This document shows positions 29,146 through 39,957 of a DNA stretch of 64,000 bases, one piece after another. Each line of letters starts with the position of its first letter. Position 1 is the first letter of the stretch. The translations under genes were made by a program, and so were the position numbers. The notes beneath the pieces are model-generated. The model made no database searches. It was not told the DNA's origin and saw nothing but the letters and a program-made list of their open reading frames with translations. This DNA comes from an uncultured Gammaproteobacteria bacterium (GTDB lineage Bacteria > Patescibacteriota > Microgenomatia > Levybacterales > GWA1-39-11), in the NCBI GenBank assembly GCA_964537315.1, contig CAZIAP010000005.1, forward strand, positions 18,669 to 82,668, in the 5' to 3' direction.

Positions 29146-29640
29146 ATGGATAATAGAACCGACAACCCATTAACATCTAGTTTGCCTGAACAGGAAAAAG
29201 AAAGAAGCTCTATTCCTGAAGGTGAAAATAGAGATATTAATACTCCAGGGGCTTCAGACGCTAGCTCAGCAGGTACTTATCCTCCGGCATTTAATTCTAC
29301 ACCCCCACCGCCTCCACCAACTGAAAATAGTAACCCTCCCCATAGCGCTAATTCCAACACACCGGATGATGGGGGTAAAAAGAGTTTGGGAGTGATGATT
29401 GGCGCATTACTGGTGTTAATGGTTGTGTTCTTAGGATTAATATTCTACTTCGTATTGAGACAGCCTCAGGAACCTGAGCAGCCTGTTGAGCAAATGCCGA
29501 TTGAAAATACATTACCATCACCTACCGAAGTGCCTTTGTCTCCAACTCCTGAGCTTACAGAAGAAGCAGTTGAAGAAATAGAGATTGGAAGTCCTGAAGC
29601 AGATTTATCCCCGATTGAAACAGATTTGGAGCAATTATAA
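29146..29640 (+). CDS. Pro-rich single-TM protein
   Basis: Low-complexity N-terminus, TM helix, acidic tail. Confidence 0.75.
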   Translation: MDNRTDNPLTSSLPEQEKERSSIPEGENRDINTPGASDASSAGTYPPAFNSTPPPPPPTENSNPPHSANSNTPDDGGKKSLGVMIGALLVLMVVFLGLIFYFVLRQPQEPEQPVEQMPIENTLPSPTEVPLSPTPELTEEAVEEIEIGSPEADLSPIETDLEQL

Positions 29641-29642
29641 TT

Positions 29643-29803
29643 CGGTTCACGGTTCACGGTTCACGGTTCACGGTTCAGGAAAAGATCTTCATTTTTCTAT
29701 TTTCGATTTGCAATTTTCAATTAATTATCAAACTTTCCAACTTCTTAACCTTTTAACTTTTTATCTTTAATCAACAACGTTTTAACCTTTTAATTTTTTA
29801 ATG
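29643..29803. repeat. composite short tandem arrays: (CGGTTCA)x5, then ATTTTCN 7-mers and TTTTAACY 8-mers
   Basis: Five perfect CGGTTCA units at 29643-29677, followed by degenerate 7- and 8-mers. Confidence 0.8.
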
Positions 29804-29824
29804 AGTAATTCGTCAGCTGGCGGA

Positions 29825-31594
29825 TTAATATAGTTCAAAATTCTCGAGTAGCTTTTTATTTCCTTCAATCTGGTAGTTAAGCAAGTCAGAGTAAATACCT
29901 TGTTTTTTAGACAGTTGCTTAGGACTTCCATGATCTACAACCCTGCCACTATCAATTACAATTACTTTGTCTACGTTCTGAATAGTGGAGAATCTATGCG
30001 CAATAATAATTACGAGTTTATCTTTCATCAGATTTTCCAGTGCGTCTTGTACTTCTTTTTCACTTTTTGCATCCAGCGAGCTGGTTGCTTCGTCCATAAT
30101 GAGTATTGGTGCATTTTTCAGAATTGCGCGCGCAATCTGAATACGCTGCTTCTGTCCGCCTGAAAGTTTTACTCCGCGTTCACCGACAAGGCTGTTTATT
30201 CCTTCCGGTAGTTTTTGTACAAATTCATATGCATTTGCCTTTTTCAAAGCATCAATGATCATCTTCTCCGATGCTCCGGTTGTACCGTACTCAACATTCT
30301 CTTTTATTGTTGAAGAAAATAACTCGTTCTCCTGAAACACCAGCGATATGTTGCTACGGATATACTGATGTTCTAACTCAGTATAATCAACTCCATTCAG
30401 CAAAATTTTCCCGCTTGTTGGGTTATAAAACTTGAGAATCATATTTACAATAGTTGATTTTCCTGCTCCGCTATGACCGACTAAAGCAACTGTTTCATTA
30501 GGAGAAATTGTAAAAGATACATCGGACAAGACTCTATCATTTTTTTCGTATGCAAAACTGACATTATCAAATGTAATAGTTGGATTTTCAATTTTCTCAC
30601 TATTAACTGGTAGTGTATAGTCTTCAGCAGATTTAAGGTTAAGTACATCAAAATACTCTTTTGATCCGCTCTCGGCTCTTTGAATATTAGTTAAGATAAA
30701 TGACATTGCAAATAACGGTCTTCTGCTTTGCGTTACGAGCTGGAGTATTAATACCATCTCACCGATAGTTAAATCTCCCTGGAAAGTGTTATAGAAGACG
30801 ACTAAATTTATAGCTAATAAAACGATGTTGAGTGATAGTCCACGGAAGAAATCGAAGACATGAAACGTCTGACTTTGCTTGGCGTAAATTTTATTAATGT
30901 TTGTATAATTGGAAGAAATTTTATCGTATTCTTTTTTCTCTGTAATAAAGCTCTTAACCAGTCTTATGTTTCCAATTACTTCTTGAATTCGACCTCTGGA
31001 CTCGTCTTCTAATTTATTCTTTTTTACCTCTGACTCTCCCCATTTTTTTGTTGAATAATATGTAATTGTTATATATATAGGAAAGAGAATAATCATAAAA
31101 ATCGCAATTGGAAGACTGTAATATGCCAGAACAACCACAGTAAAAACAGCTTGCAAAAAAGAAGGAAGAGCAAAATTAGTCATGGTTTGAATAAAGCTTT
31201 GGATTGAGACAATTCCACGGCTTAATTGATTGACTATCTTTCCTGACATCTCAGAGTCAAAATAGGTAAGGGGTAGACGAAGTACTTTGTCATAAAATTT
31301 TTCCGTTAAAAACTTACCGAGTCTTGCTGCGAAGTGGTCACCTAAACGGTTGCTTACAGTTTGAGTTATGAGTGCCAGAATACTTATTAAAAATGCAGCG
31401 ACAATGAGTTGTATTAATGTTTGGATATCTCCGCCTTCTCCCTGTACAGACGCAACAATCTCATCAACAATAAATTTAGAGACAATAGGAGTTACCAGGT
31501 CAATTGCGGCACCAAATACAATTAGACCTGCAAGGATGCCTGCAATTCCGTGTAAAGGTTTAGCCAGTTTTATAATATTTACAATATTTTTCAT
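29825..31594 (-). CDS. ABC exporter, fused permease/ATPase
   Basis: TM domain; GHSGAGKST, LSGGQKQR, DEATS and IAHR motifs. Confidence 0.95.
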   Translation of the reverse strand: MKNIVNIIKLAKPLHGIAGILAGLIVFGAAIDLVTPIVSKFIVDEIVASVQGEGGDIQTLIQLIVAAFLISILALITQTVSNRLGDHFAARLGKFLTEKFYDKVLRLPLTYFDSEMSGKIVNQLSRGIVSIQSFIQTMTNFALPSFLQAVFTVVVLAYYSLPIAIFMIILFPIYITITYYSTKKWGESEVKKNKLEDESRGRIQEVIGNIRLVKSFITEKKEYDKISSNYTNINKIYAKQSQTFHVFDFFRGLSLNIVLLAINLVVFYNTFQGDLTIGEMVLILQLVTQSRRPLFAMSFILTNIQRAESGSKEYFDVLNLKSAEDYTLPVNSEKIENPTITFDNVSFAYEKNDRVLSDVSFTISPNETVALVGHSGAGKSTIVNMILKFYNPTSGKILLNGVDYTELEHQYIRSNISLVFQENELFSSTIKENVEYGTTGASEKMIIDALKKANAYEFVQKLPEGINSLVGERGVKLSGGQKQRIQIARAILKNAPILIMDEATSSLDAKSEKEVQDALENLMKDKLVIIIAHRFSTIQNVDKVIVIDSGRVVDHGSPKQLSKKQGIYSDLLNYQIEGNKKLLENFELY

Positions 31595-31684
31595 CCTTAT
31601 ACATTATAGTAAATGATATAAAAATAATCAGCGTCAAAATACTTCTTGCTTTCTGATAACACCCTTGTTTAAATAAATGTAGAG

Positions 31685-32443
31685 ATGAAAAGTTTGCTCA
31701 ATCAAAAACTTATTGCTACGTACGTTGTATTAGTGGTTGTAACTCTTTTAGGACTACTACTCATCAAAGAGTTGAATATATCATATCCTGTTCGTGTGAC
31801 TACCTCACAGGAATCAAATCTGTCTGTAGTAGGTGAGGGTAAAGTACAAGTTGTACCAGATCGTGCAAGTCTTGACGCTGGGATTCTAGTTACGAACGCG
31901 GCAACTATTGATGCTGCGCAGCAAGAGATTGACGAAAAAAATAATGCTATTGTAGAGGCTCTAACAAGACTAGGAATTGCGCAGGAAGATATTAAAACTT
32001 CTAATTACTCTGTAAACCCGAATCAGGACTTTAACCCTGGTGCTCCTGGAAGAATCACCGGATATAATGGAAATGTCACTATTACAATCACAGTCAGACA
32101 AATTGATTTAGTTCCTCAAGTAACACAAGCTGTAACAGAGGCAGGTGCAAATCAGGTTTACAATGTGAACTATACAGTTGAAAACCCTGAGAAATTCAGA
32201 GAAGAGGCACGCAATAAAGCAATAGAAAATGCACGCGAACAAGCAGAAAATTTAGCAAGTTCACTGGGAATTAGATTGGGTAAAGTAGTAAATGTAGTAG
32301 AGTCATCTCCAACTAATGGTTCAATTCCAATGTTTGATAGAAGTATGAGTTTAGAAGGAATGGGAGGAGCAAACGCGCCTGTCTTGCAGCCGGGAACTCA
32401 AGAAATTACCTCTGTGGTTACACTCTACTTTGAGAAAAGGTAA
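31685..32443 (+). CDS. SIMPL/DUF541 domain protein
   Basis: VVGEGKV...PD, DIKTSNYSV, AGAN and PGTQEITSVV motifs. Confidence 0.9.
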   Translation: MKSLLNQKLIATYVVLVVVTLLGLLLIKELNISYPVRVTTSQESNLSVVGEGKVQVVPDRASLDAGILVTNAATIDAAQQEIDEKNNAIVEALTRLGIAQEDIKTSNYSVNPNQDFNPGAPGRITGYNGNVTITITVRQIDLVPQVTQAVTEAGANQVYNVNYTVENPEKFREEARNKAIENAREQAENLASSLGIRLGKVVNVVESSPTNGSIPMFDRSMSLEGMGGANAPVLQPGTQEITSVVTLYFEKR

Positions 32444-32445
32444 AG

Positions 32446-33012
32446 TTAAATATCATCTAAGTCTAGATCATCTTTAATAAAATCTGTAAACGCTCCAAAA
32501 TCGCTATCTTGTTCTGCCATTAGATTTTTACTCTCTATTTTTTCCTGCTGAGTTAGATATCTGAGTTCAACTCCAGATTTTAAAACGCTTGTAAATATTG
32601 CCCTTCCTACCTCATAGTGTACATGTGGTAGATCTTGACCGTTAAAAAGATTAAGTTCTTCACACTTTGCAAAGACTGCATCTTTAATTTCATCAATATC
32701 CTTCTCATTGCCTATCTCGTAACCGGCAAGCATAATAGAACTAATACCTATATTCATTTCCGGTTGAGAAATAGAAAAGTTAGCATAATTTAAATCTTTT
32801 AACTGGTTTGAGATGGCAGAAAGAACTGGTTTATCCCAACCCGTACCAAGGTGTTTTTCTATTTCTGTATATACAACAGTTATTCTTTCAATATGCTGAG
32901 GATGCCATTTTCTGATATCAAAGCTGTATTGTTCGTGTAGGAAATGGCTAAGTATCGGAGATCGGCTTAGTATCTCTTCTCGTTTGATAAATTCGGGTCG
33001 TTCCCTTTCCAT
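32446..33012 (-). CDS. hypothetical protein
   Basis: 188-aa ORF with acidic tail. Confidence 0.7.
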   Translation of the reverse strand: MERERPEFIKREEILSRSPILSHFLHEQYSFDIRKWHPQHIERITVVYTEIEKHLGTGWDKPVLSAISNQLKDLNYANFSISQPEMNIGISSIMLAGYEIGNEKDIDEIKDAVFAKCEELNLFNGQDLPHVHYEVGRAIFTSVLKSGVELRYLTQQEKIESKNLMAEQDSDFGAFTDFIKDDLDLDDI

Positions 33013-33082
33013 AAAATTAAGTTGAAGTATATCACCAATCTATTTTATAGACAATCAGATTATGCTGTACTACAATTGAGAC

Positions 33083-34831
33083 ATGAAACGGATGATACTT
33101 TCTTTAATAATTTTATTTCTCATGTTTGCAAAACCGATTTTTGCTCAGGAAGTCTGGGAGATAACAAACTTTGAGAGCAACATTCAGATCCAACAGTCTG
33201 GCGAAGTAAAAGTCGCTGAAAAAATATCAGTTAACTTTGGTACACAGGAAAAGCATGGAATCTACAGAGATATTCCCGTAGTGTATACCAATGATGATGG
33301 CTCAAAATATCACACGGAGATTAAAGACGTAAGTGTGTCAGGTCATGAGTCAAAAATCACCAGAGAAGGTGATTTTCTGCGTATACGAATAGGGGATCCG
33401 GATGTGACAGTGAGTGGAGAACAGGAATATAACATTGCATATACAGCTGTAGGAGTGCTTAGGGGTTTTGAGAATTTTGATGAGTTGTATTGGAATGTTA
33501 CAGGGAATTACTGGGAAGTTCCTATCAGACGCACATCAGCAACCGTGATGCTTGAAGGAGGGGACATAGGAAATGTTGCTTGTTATGTTGGTAATCTTGG
33601 ATCAACCGAAAACTGTGATTCTAGTGTATCTAGAAGTACTGCTAGATTTTTTGCACAGTCACTTGATTCTGGTCAAGGAATGACTGTGGCTACATCTTAT
33701 CCCAAAGGTATTACAGAGATTCCATTAGTAAAATCTTTTGCAGATAAAGTTTTGTCATTGCCAGCTATACTTACCTTTGGTGTTTCACTGGCTGCGGGTA
33801 TTGGTGCAATATTTCTTTTATGGTCACATAAAGGAAGAGATTTATGGATGCGAGGAAAACATCTTTTTGATCCTCACGCCAAAGAGGAGAAAAGACCACT
33901 ATTTCATAAAGATACAGTTGTAGTGGAATACTTACCGCCTGATAATCTCAGACCGGCAGAAGTTGGTGTAATTATGGACGAGAGAGCTAATACCCTGGAT
34001 GTAACCGGCACAATCATAGACTTGGCTACCCGGGGTTATTTAACAATTACCGAAGAAGAAAAGAAGTGGAAGTTTGGGTCGGCTGATTATATATTCAATA
34101 GGCTCAATAAAGATACTAAAGATCTTTTAAAATATGAGCAGGAACTTCTGGAGAGGTTATTTGAAAAAGGCGATTTGGTTAAAATGTCACATCTTAAAAA
34201 ATCATTTTACACAGACTTAAAGGAAGTAAAGAATCAGTTATACAGGGATATGGTTGAGAAAGGATTTTTTCCCTCCAATCCTGAAAATACCAGAGCTATG
34301 TATTTAGGGATTGCATTTGTCGGATTAGTTTTTGCTGGAGTTTTATTGATATTTTCGATAAATATTGAAAACGAATTTCTATTTTCGATAGCGATAGCTA
34401 CTGTAATTACAGGATTTAATTTACTAATTGTGTCAAGATTTATGTCACGGAGAACTGCTAAAGGTTATGAGATGTCTAGACGTATCAATGGTTATCGTCT
34501 ATTTATTGAGAATGTAGAAAAACACAGACAGAAGTTTTTTGAAAGTAAAAATATGTTTAATATAGTCCTACCCTATGCGATAATATTTGGACTTACGGGA
34601 AAGTTTGCGAATGCTATGAAAGATATGGGTGTAGAGCCTAGTACTGCAACCGCAGGGTGGTACTATGGCGCACACGCGTTTAATATATCTAGTTTTGAAA
34701 ATAGTATGTCAAACTTTTCTCAGTCTGTGGGCGCGGCTATGGCATCAACTCCTTCCGGCAGCGGGTCAGGAAGTGGCGGAGGAGGATTTTCCGGCGGAGG
34801 TTTCGGCGGTGGCGGCGGTGGAAGCTGGTAA
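33083..34831 (+). CDS. DUF2207-like membrane protein
   Basis: HGIYRDIP, ELYWNVTG, LPYAIIFG motifs and Gly-rich GGGGGSW end. Confidence 0.92.
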   Translation: MKRMILSLIILFLMFAKPIFAQEVWEITNFESNIQIQQSGEVKVAEKISVNFGTQEKHGIYRDIPVVYTNDDGSKYHTEIKDVSVSGHESKITREGDFLRIRIGDPDVTVSGEQEYNIAYTAVGVLRGFENFDELYWNVTGNYWEVPIRRTSATVMLEGGDIGNVACYVGNLGSTENCDSSVSRSTARFFAQSLDSGQGMTVATSYPKGITEIPLVKSFADKVLSLPAILTFGVSLAAGIGAIFLLWSHKGRDLWMRGKHLFDPHAKEEKRPLFHKDTVVVEYLPPDNLRPAEVGVIMDERANTLDVTGTIIDLATRGYLTITEEEKKWKFGSADYIFNRLNKDTKDLLKYEQELLERLFEKGDLVKMSHLKKSFYTDLKEVKNQLYRDMVEKGFFPSNPENTRAMYLGIAFVGLVFAGVLLIFSINIENEFLFSIAIATVITGFNLLIVSRFMSRRTAKGYEMSRRINGYRLFIENVEKHRQKFFESKNMFNIVLPYAIIFGLTGKFANAMKDMGVEPSTATAGWYYGAHAFNISSFENSMSNFSQSVGAAMASTPSGSGSGSGGGGFSGGGFGGGGGGSW

Positions 34832-34862
34832 TCCGGTATTAAATTATTAACGAGTTAAAGAG

Positions 34863-35288
34863 TTATTTTTCTTTTAATAGTTTAAGACCTGTTTCTTCAT
34901 CATTCTCTCTTTCAAAGTATGCATCTAATTTGGTTATTATAACTTCTCCTGTACCTGAGATTCTCATACTATGTAAGTGACCGCCAACAGTACTGTAGTC
35001 TTTTTTACCAAGTGTTACATGTGCATGCATCATCCGTTTTCCATCTGCGTATCCAATATTACCTGTTAAGTTAAGTAATTCGCATTCTTCATTTAAAGTT
35101 TTCTTAATATATTCTCTTTTTTCAAGATCATAATAACTTAACTCAGTTTGATCAACTGCACCAAGTCCTTGAACCCATGCGGCATCAATATTTTTCTCAT
35201 CACAAAACGAAAGCACTTCTGACACTAATTCTTCTCCACGAAGAATTCTTAAAATAAATTTTGAATCTTTTTCGTAAATTACTTTCAT
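34863..35288 (-). CDS. PPC/DUF296 domain protein
   Basis: GLGA, LTGNI, HAHVTLG and GGHL motifs. Confidence 0.9.
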   Translation of the reverse strand: MKVIYEKDSKFILRILRGEELVSEVLSFCDEKNIDAAWVQGLGAVDQTELSYYDLEKREYIKKTLNEECELLNLTGNIGYADGKRMMHAHVTLGKKDYSTVGGHLHSMRISGTGEVIITKLDAYFERENDEETGLKLLKEK

Positions 35289-35573
35289 TTATGCGTTAGA
35301 CTTATCTGTAAAATCAAAAGTCTCTCCTGTGATTTGCAAATGCGCTCCTTTTAGTCTCCCTCCGATAGCGTCGATTGCATTTTTTGTTCCAAGTCCTATG
35401 ATAGTAGAGATACCTTCTTCAAGTGTAGCTTCTGATGAGCCTATTTCAGTATATTGGTGAGACGGACATTCTGATCTTACAAATTCTAAAATAGATTTAA
35501 TCTCTGAAGCTTGATCGGTTGGATAAGAAAACTTATACATTTTAATATCGATATTAGAGTTTCGTTCAGTCAT
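35289..35573 (-). CDS. hypothetical protein
   Basis: 94-aa ORF abutting the DUF296 gene; TATAAT upstream. Confidence 0.6.
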   Translation of the reverse strand: MTERNSNIDIKMYKFSYPTDQASEIKSILEFVRSECPSHQYTEIGSSEATLEEGISTIIGLGTKNAIDAIGGRLKGAHLQITGETFDFTDKSNA

Positions 35574-35618
35574 ATGGTCTATATTATACAGGATAATTCT
35601 ACTGCTTCGTGTTTAGTT

Positions 35619-36242
35619 TTAACCCAGGTGTGCATGGTCATTCCAAGTTATCAAACCCCACAACCCCTCTGGGTTTCTTTCGCATACTGTTATTCCTGTA
35701 TTGCTGGTTTTAAGGGCTAAATGTAAGTGATGAAATTCATCGTGATTAAGCGTGTCTCCGAACAAGATCAGTCCTATGAGCATACGTAGAAAGACAGAAT
35801 GAGTGACGGCAAGAATGTTTTCTTCTTTAAACAAAGTTAGATAACCAAAAAATTCAATCGCGCGAGCTTTAAGGTCGTGAAAATTTTCTTCGTCTGAGTA
35901 ATGCCAGTCCTTCAATCTAGCATTGCGCATAAGCATCTCTTTTAAACGTACGGCTTCTGGATCATCCATTTTTTTACCTTCTAGTTCTTTAGGTCTTTTT
36001 ACTTCACCTAATAGCTCGGTATAAAAAACCTGTTTGTTCAACACTTTATTAATTTCTTCGGTAGTCTGCTGTGCACGAAGATATGGACTGGAGATAATAA
36101 TATCGATCGGAATATCTCTGAATCTATTGGCTACAAATCTTGCTTGCTGTACACCCTTTGGAGAAAGTTCTGTATCTCTGCCTTGTTGAATCTTCTGTTC
36201 GTTTAGTTTAGTTTCTCCGTGCCTGATAAAGTAGAGCTTCAT
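35619..36242 (-). CDS. histidine phosphatase family protein
   Basis: RHGET, SSPYLRAQQT, VTHS and WNDHAHL motifs. Confidence 0.92.
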   Translation of the reverse strand: MKLYFIRHGETKLNEQKIQQGRDTELSPKGVQQARFVANRFRDIPIDIIISSPYLRAQQTTEEINKVLNKQVFYTELLGEVKRPKELEGKKMDDPEAVRLKEMLMRNARLKDWHYSDEENFHDLKARAIEFFGYLTLFKEENILAVTHSVFLRMLIGLILFGDTLNHDEFHHLHLALKTSNTGITVCERNPEGLWGLITWNDHAHLG

Positions 36243-36328
36243 TGAATAACATTATACAACAAGATATAAAATCAGTATTCAGAATACGCGCACTGAATAA
36301 TTTTATTGATTTAGTATAATAGACATCT

Positions 36329-37402
36329 ATGAAAAAGCTTCTGATAGTATTGATATTACTTGGTGCAGGGATTTTTTTTTATATGAAGAAAACTTCTCAG
36401 CCAAGTCCTGCGATACTTTCAGAGAAGAATGTTCCTAAATCAGCACAGAAAGTAACACCCTCAAATGCTGAAGCAGATAAATCAGTTTTTATTCCCTATT
36501 GGACTGTAGCGTCTGAAAAACCTTTAGATGAATACGAAGAGGCATATTATTTTGGAATCGAAGCTGATACTAACGGCATAAAAAGGGATGAAATCGGGTA
36601 TTCACGAATAAATCAGTTTTTGGATAAGACTCAGGGAATAAAAAGACAAATACTAGTGGTAAGGATGGTAGATAAAGAGGTAAATGGCGAGGTTTCTAAA
36701 GATCCTGAAGCTCAAAAAAAGATTGCAGCTGAATCAACACAGATTGCTAAGGAACATAAGTTTGACGGGGTAATGCTTGATTTTGAAATATCAAGTATAT
36801 CTTTTGAAGAAGTTACAAATAGAACTACTAATTTTTATACAATTTTTTCTGAAGAAGTAAAAAAGGTTAACTTACTATTCTATAGTGCGCTTTATGGTGA
36901 TACTTACTATCGAGTCAGAGCATACGATGTAAAAAAAATTGGTGAATTATCAGATAAAGTTGTAATTATGTCATATGACTTTCATAAATCTAGAGGCAAT
37001 CCGGGTCCAAATTTTCCTTTAGATGGTAGAGAAACTTACGGATATGATTTTAAGCAAATGATTGAGGATTTTATGAACGATGTACCTGAAGAAAAGCTTG
37101 AAGTTGCTTTTGGAATGTTTGGATATGACTGGAAGGTAGATAACGAAGATAAGGCAACTACTTCAGGCTCACCACTCTCTACAAGTGAGATAACAATCAA
37201 CTATATAGATTCCTGTGGTCAAAAAAAATGCAAATGGGAACGTGATCGGGTTTCACAGGAGATAAAAGCAGAATACATAAGCCAGGAGGATGAGCAGCAT
37301 ATTATTTGGTTTGAGGATAATGAATCTACCAAACGAAAGAAAGATTATATACAAAATATTGGTATCTCGCAGGTTTCCTACTGGGCGTATTCATACTATT
37401 GA
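36329..37402 (+). CDS. glycoside hydrolase family 18-like, membrane-anchored
   Basis: FDGVMLDFE, IMSYDFH, GYDW and IWFED motifs. Confidence 0.85.
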   Translation: MKKLLIVLILLGAGIFFYMKKTSQPSPAILSEKNVPKSAQKVTPSNAEADKSVFIPYWTVASEKPLDEYEEAYYFGIEADTNGIKRDEIGYSRINQFLDKTQGIKRQILVVRMVDKEVNGEVSKDPEAQKKIAAESTQIAKEHKFDGVMLDFEISSISFEEVTNRTTNFYTIFSEEVKKVNLLFYSALYGDTYYRVRAYDVKKIGELSDKVVIMSYDFHKSRGNPGPNFPLDGRETYGYDFKQMIEDFMNDVPEEKLEVAFGMFGYDWKVDNEDKATTSGSPLSTSEITINYIDSCGQKKCKWERDRVSQEIKAEYISQEDEQHIIWFEDNESTKRKKDYIQNIGISQVSYWAYSYY

Positions 37403-37455
37403 GTATCCAGTATTCAGTATCCAGTATTAAAGAGTTAGGAGTGAGCTAATAGCTA
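37401..37455. repeat. heptamer array (C/G)AGTATY x4 plus degenerate units
   Basis: gagtatc cagtatt cagtatc cagtatt. Confidence 0.6.
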
Positions 37456-37544
37456 TCCTAGTCGCTTTGCAGGATTCTTACATACCCTTAACCCCTGTCT
37501 TATAGCTGGCCACTATATTAGGTATTATCGATAAATCCTTAGTA

Positions 37545-38216
37545 TTGGTCATGAAAAGCAGGGCAGGGACCATAGCAAATTTTCGAAGGCAAGATGGTGT
37601 CTCTCCAGAAAAGGGAGACACCATTTTTATTGATGAACAAAAACATCCCAAGCACCCAAAACGGGTAAACGCAGATCGCCAAACAGATGAAGAACAAAAA
37701 TACGGTAAGCAACAGCAAAAAAATGATAACCCTATTCCCAATTTAAAAGACGAAACACACTCCGCTGAGATTAAAATTTCAGATCCCTCCCGAACTTTAG
37801 AAGAAATTGCTGTAAATAGTGCAAGGATTGTATACCACATCCAAACTGTATTTCCTTTTGTTGTTTTTACTGATGAAGTGATAGCAGATGAGGAAAAGTT
37901 GAGTGTAGTAATAGGCAGGTTTTTTAAGAGTGGTTATATGAGAAGCGTGATGTTAAAAGATATTGCAAATGTAAGTGTAGACACTAGTATTTTATTTGCT
38001 TCGCTGACAATTATTGATAGAAACTTTATACAAGATCCGCTTGTAGTTAAGTATCTTAAAAAGAATGAAGCGTTAAGAATGCGAAGAATATTGATGGGTT
38101 TAATAATTGCTAATAATAATAAGGTTAGTCTTTCAGAGTACTCATTGGAAGAGATTCGTGAGTATACAGAAGAAATTGGTCGCGCTCGTGACGATAGCTC
38201 TGTATCATCTATCTAG
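37545..38216 (+). CDS. hypothetical protein
   Basis: Charged N-terminus and globular C-terminal half; start uncertain (37545 or 37551). Confidence 0.7.
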   Translation: MVMKSRAGTIANFRRQDGVSPEKGDTIFIDEQKHPKHPKRVNADRQTDEEQKYGKQQQKNDNPIPNLKDETHSAEIKISDPSRTLEEIAVNSARIVYHIQTVFPFVVFTDEVIADEEKLSVVIGRFFKSGYMRSVMLKDIANVSVDTSILFASLTIIDRNFIQDPLVVKYLKKNEALRMRRILMGLIIANNNKVSLSEYSLEEIREYTEEIGRARDDSSVSSI

Positions 38217-38557
38217 CGACTTTTAAGCAGAGTATTCATGAACGATGAGACTAAAGATACTATAACGCTGAAACCAAGTGCCCACCAAAAATTTACTACC
38301 TCAAATCCATTTACTCCCCAGCTGATTAACATTACAAGCAGAGCATTGATCACAAACATAAACAATCCAAGTGTTAAAACTGTAATTGGAAGTGTGATAA
38401 TAGTAATTATCGGCTTAATAAACATATTAATTACTCCAAGTATTATCGCGACTACAAGTGCAGTCCAAAAATCATCGATACGTACTCCCTCAGATAATAG
38501 ATATGATGCGACTAATATAGAGAGCGTAGTTACTAATAAGTTAAGAAGTAAGTTCAT
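38213..38557 (-). CDS. phage holin family (4-TM, YvlD-like) membrane protein
   Basis: INMFIKPII..ITLPI..LTLGLF.FVIN signature. Confidence 0.88.
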   Translation of the reverse strand: MNLLLNLLVTTLSILVASYLLSEGVRIDDFWTALVVAIILGVINMFIKPIITIITLPITVLTLGLFMFVINALLVMLISWGVNGFEVVNFWWALGFSVIVSLVSSFMNTLLKSR

Positions 38558-38648
38558 ATTTTTATCTTACTTACAAGATAACCTTATTGTCAACCAGCTT
38601 CAATAACACAAATTTTGTAAGAAAAACTAGCTAAATCTTGAATACCTC

Positions 38649-38677
38649 TTGACGTAATTAGTTTTATAATGTATATT
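38649..38677 (+). promoter_or_regulatory. sigma70-type promoter of tuf
   Basis: TTGACG-N17-TATATT. Confidence 0.55.
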
Positions 38678-38723
38678 ATCATCACACCTAAAAAAAAGGG
38701 TGTTTTTATTTGGGGAAACCAAT

Positions 38724-39908
38724 ATGGCTGACACAAAATTTGAACGAACAAAACCACACGTAAATATCGGAACCATCGGTCACGTAGACCATGGTAAGAC
38801 AACTACAACAGCTGCAATTGCTACTGTTCTTTCTAAAAAAGGACAATCAAAGGCAATGAAGTATGAAGATATCGACAACGCACCTGAAGAAAAGGCTCGC
38901 GGTGTTACGATTAATATTTCTCACATTGAGTACGAAACTGAAAAGCGTCACTATGCACACATTGATGCTCCAGGTCACGCAGACTATATTAAGAACATGA
39001 TTACCGGTGCTGCACAAATGGACGGAGCTATCCTTGTTGTGTCTGCAGCTGATGGACCAATGCCTCAGACTCGAGAACACATTCTACTTGCTCGCCAAGT
39101 AGGAGTACCATCAATTGTTGTATACCTTAACAAGTGTGACATGGTTGAAGATCCAGAACTTCTTGATCTTGTTGAAATGGAAGTTAGAGAGTTGTTATCA
39201 AAACAAAAATATGATGGTGATAACACACCTATTATTAGAGGCTCATCACTAAAAGCACTTGAAGGAGACGCAGAATATGAAAATAAGATCGTTGAGCTTA
39301 TGAATGCAGTTGATGAGTTCATTCCAACTCCAGAGAGGCCAGTTGATCAACCATTCTTGATGCCTGTTGAGGATGTTTTCTCAATCAAAGGACGAGGAAC
39401 AGTTGTTACAGGACGTATTGAGCGCGGTGTTGTAAAAGTAAACGAAACAGTACAAATCGTAGGAATTAAAGCTAACCAAGACACAGTTGTTACCGGTGTT
39501 GAGATGTTCCGAAAACTTCTTGATGAAGGACAAGCTGGTGATAATGTTGGATTACTTCTAAGAGGTATCGAAAAAGACGATGTTGAAAGAGGACAAGTTC
39601 TTGCAAAACCAGGATCAATTACTCCTCACTCAGAGTTTGAAGCTGAAGTTTACATCTTAACCAAAGAAGAAGGCGGACGTCATACACCTTTCTTCTCAGG
39701 ATACAGACCTCAGTTCTACATCAGAACAACTGACGTAACAGGAGAAATCAAACTTCAGGAAGGTGTAGAAATGGTTATGCCTGGAGATAACGCAAAAATG
39801 AATGTTAAACTAATCGTTCCAGTCGCTATGGAAGACGGAATGAGATTCGCTATCCGTGAAGGTGGACGAACAGTAGGTGCAGGTGTAGTTACAAAAATTA
39901 CTAAATAA
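38724..39908 (+). CDS. tuf: elongation factor Tu
   Basis: [17 protein letters not shown] and NKCD motifs; ATG at 38724. Confidence 0.99.
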   Translation: MADTKFERTKPHVNIGTIGHVDHGKTTTTAAIATVLSKKGQSKAMKYEDIDNAPEEKARGVTINISHIEYETEKRHYAHIDAPGHADYIKNMITGAAQMDGAILVVSAADGPMPQTREHILLARQVGVPSIVVYLNKCDMVEDPELLDLVEMEVRELLSKQKYDGDNTPIIRGSSLKALEGDAEYENKIVELMNAVDEFIPTPERPVDQPFLMPVEDVFSIKGRGTVVTGRIERGVVKVNETVQIVGIKANQDTVVTGVEMFRKLLDEGQAGDNVGLLLRGIEKDDVERGQVLAKPGSITPHSEFEAEVYILTKEEGGRHTPFFSGYRPQFYIRTTDVTGEIKLQEGVEMVMPGDNAKMNVKLIVPVAMEDGMRFAIREGGRTVGAGVVTKITK

Positions 39909-39957
39909 GTAGTTTCAACTCCTGTCGCACATTTAAATCGCTTGAAAGGCAGTACTT

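Noticed and set aside
29807-29826. Near-palindrome AATTCGTCAGCTGGCGGATT as a REP element
   Set aside because: Single degenerate copy in the window, so a family cannot be supported; it may only aid termination.
34750-34831. GC-rich GGCGGN run
   Set aside because: Normal Gly-rich C-terminus of DUF2207-type proteins.
38213-38557. Holin-family gene as evidence of a prophage
   Set aside because: This 4-TM family is commonly chromosomal, and no phage structural, lysis or integrase genes are nearby.
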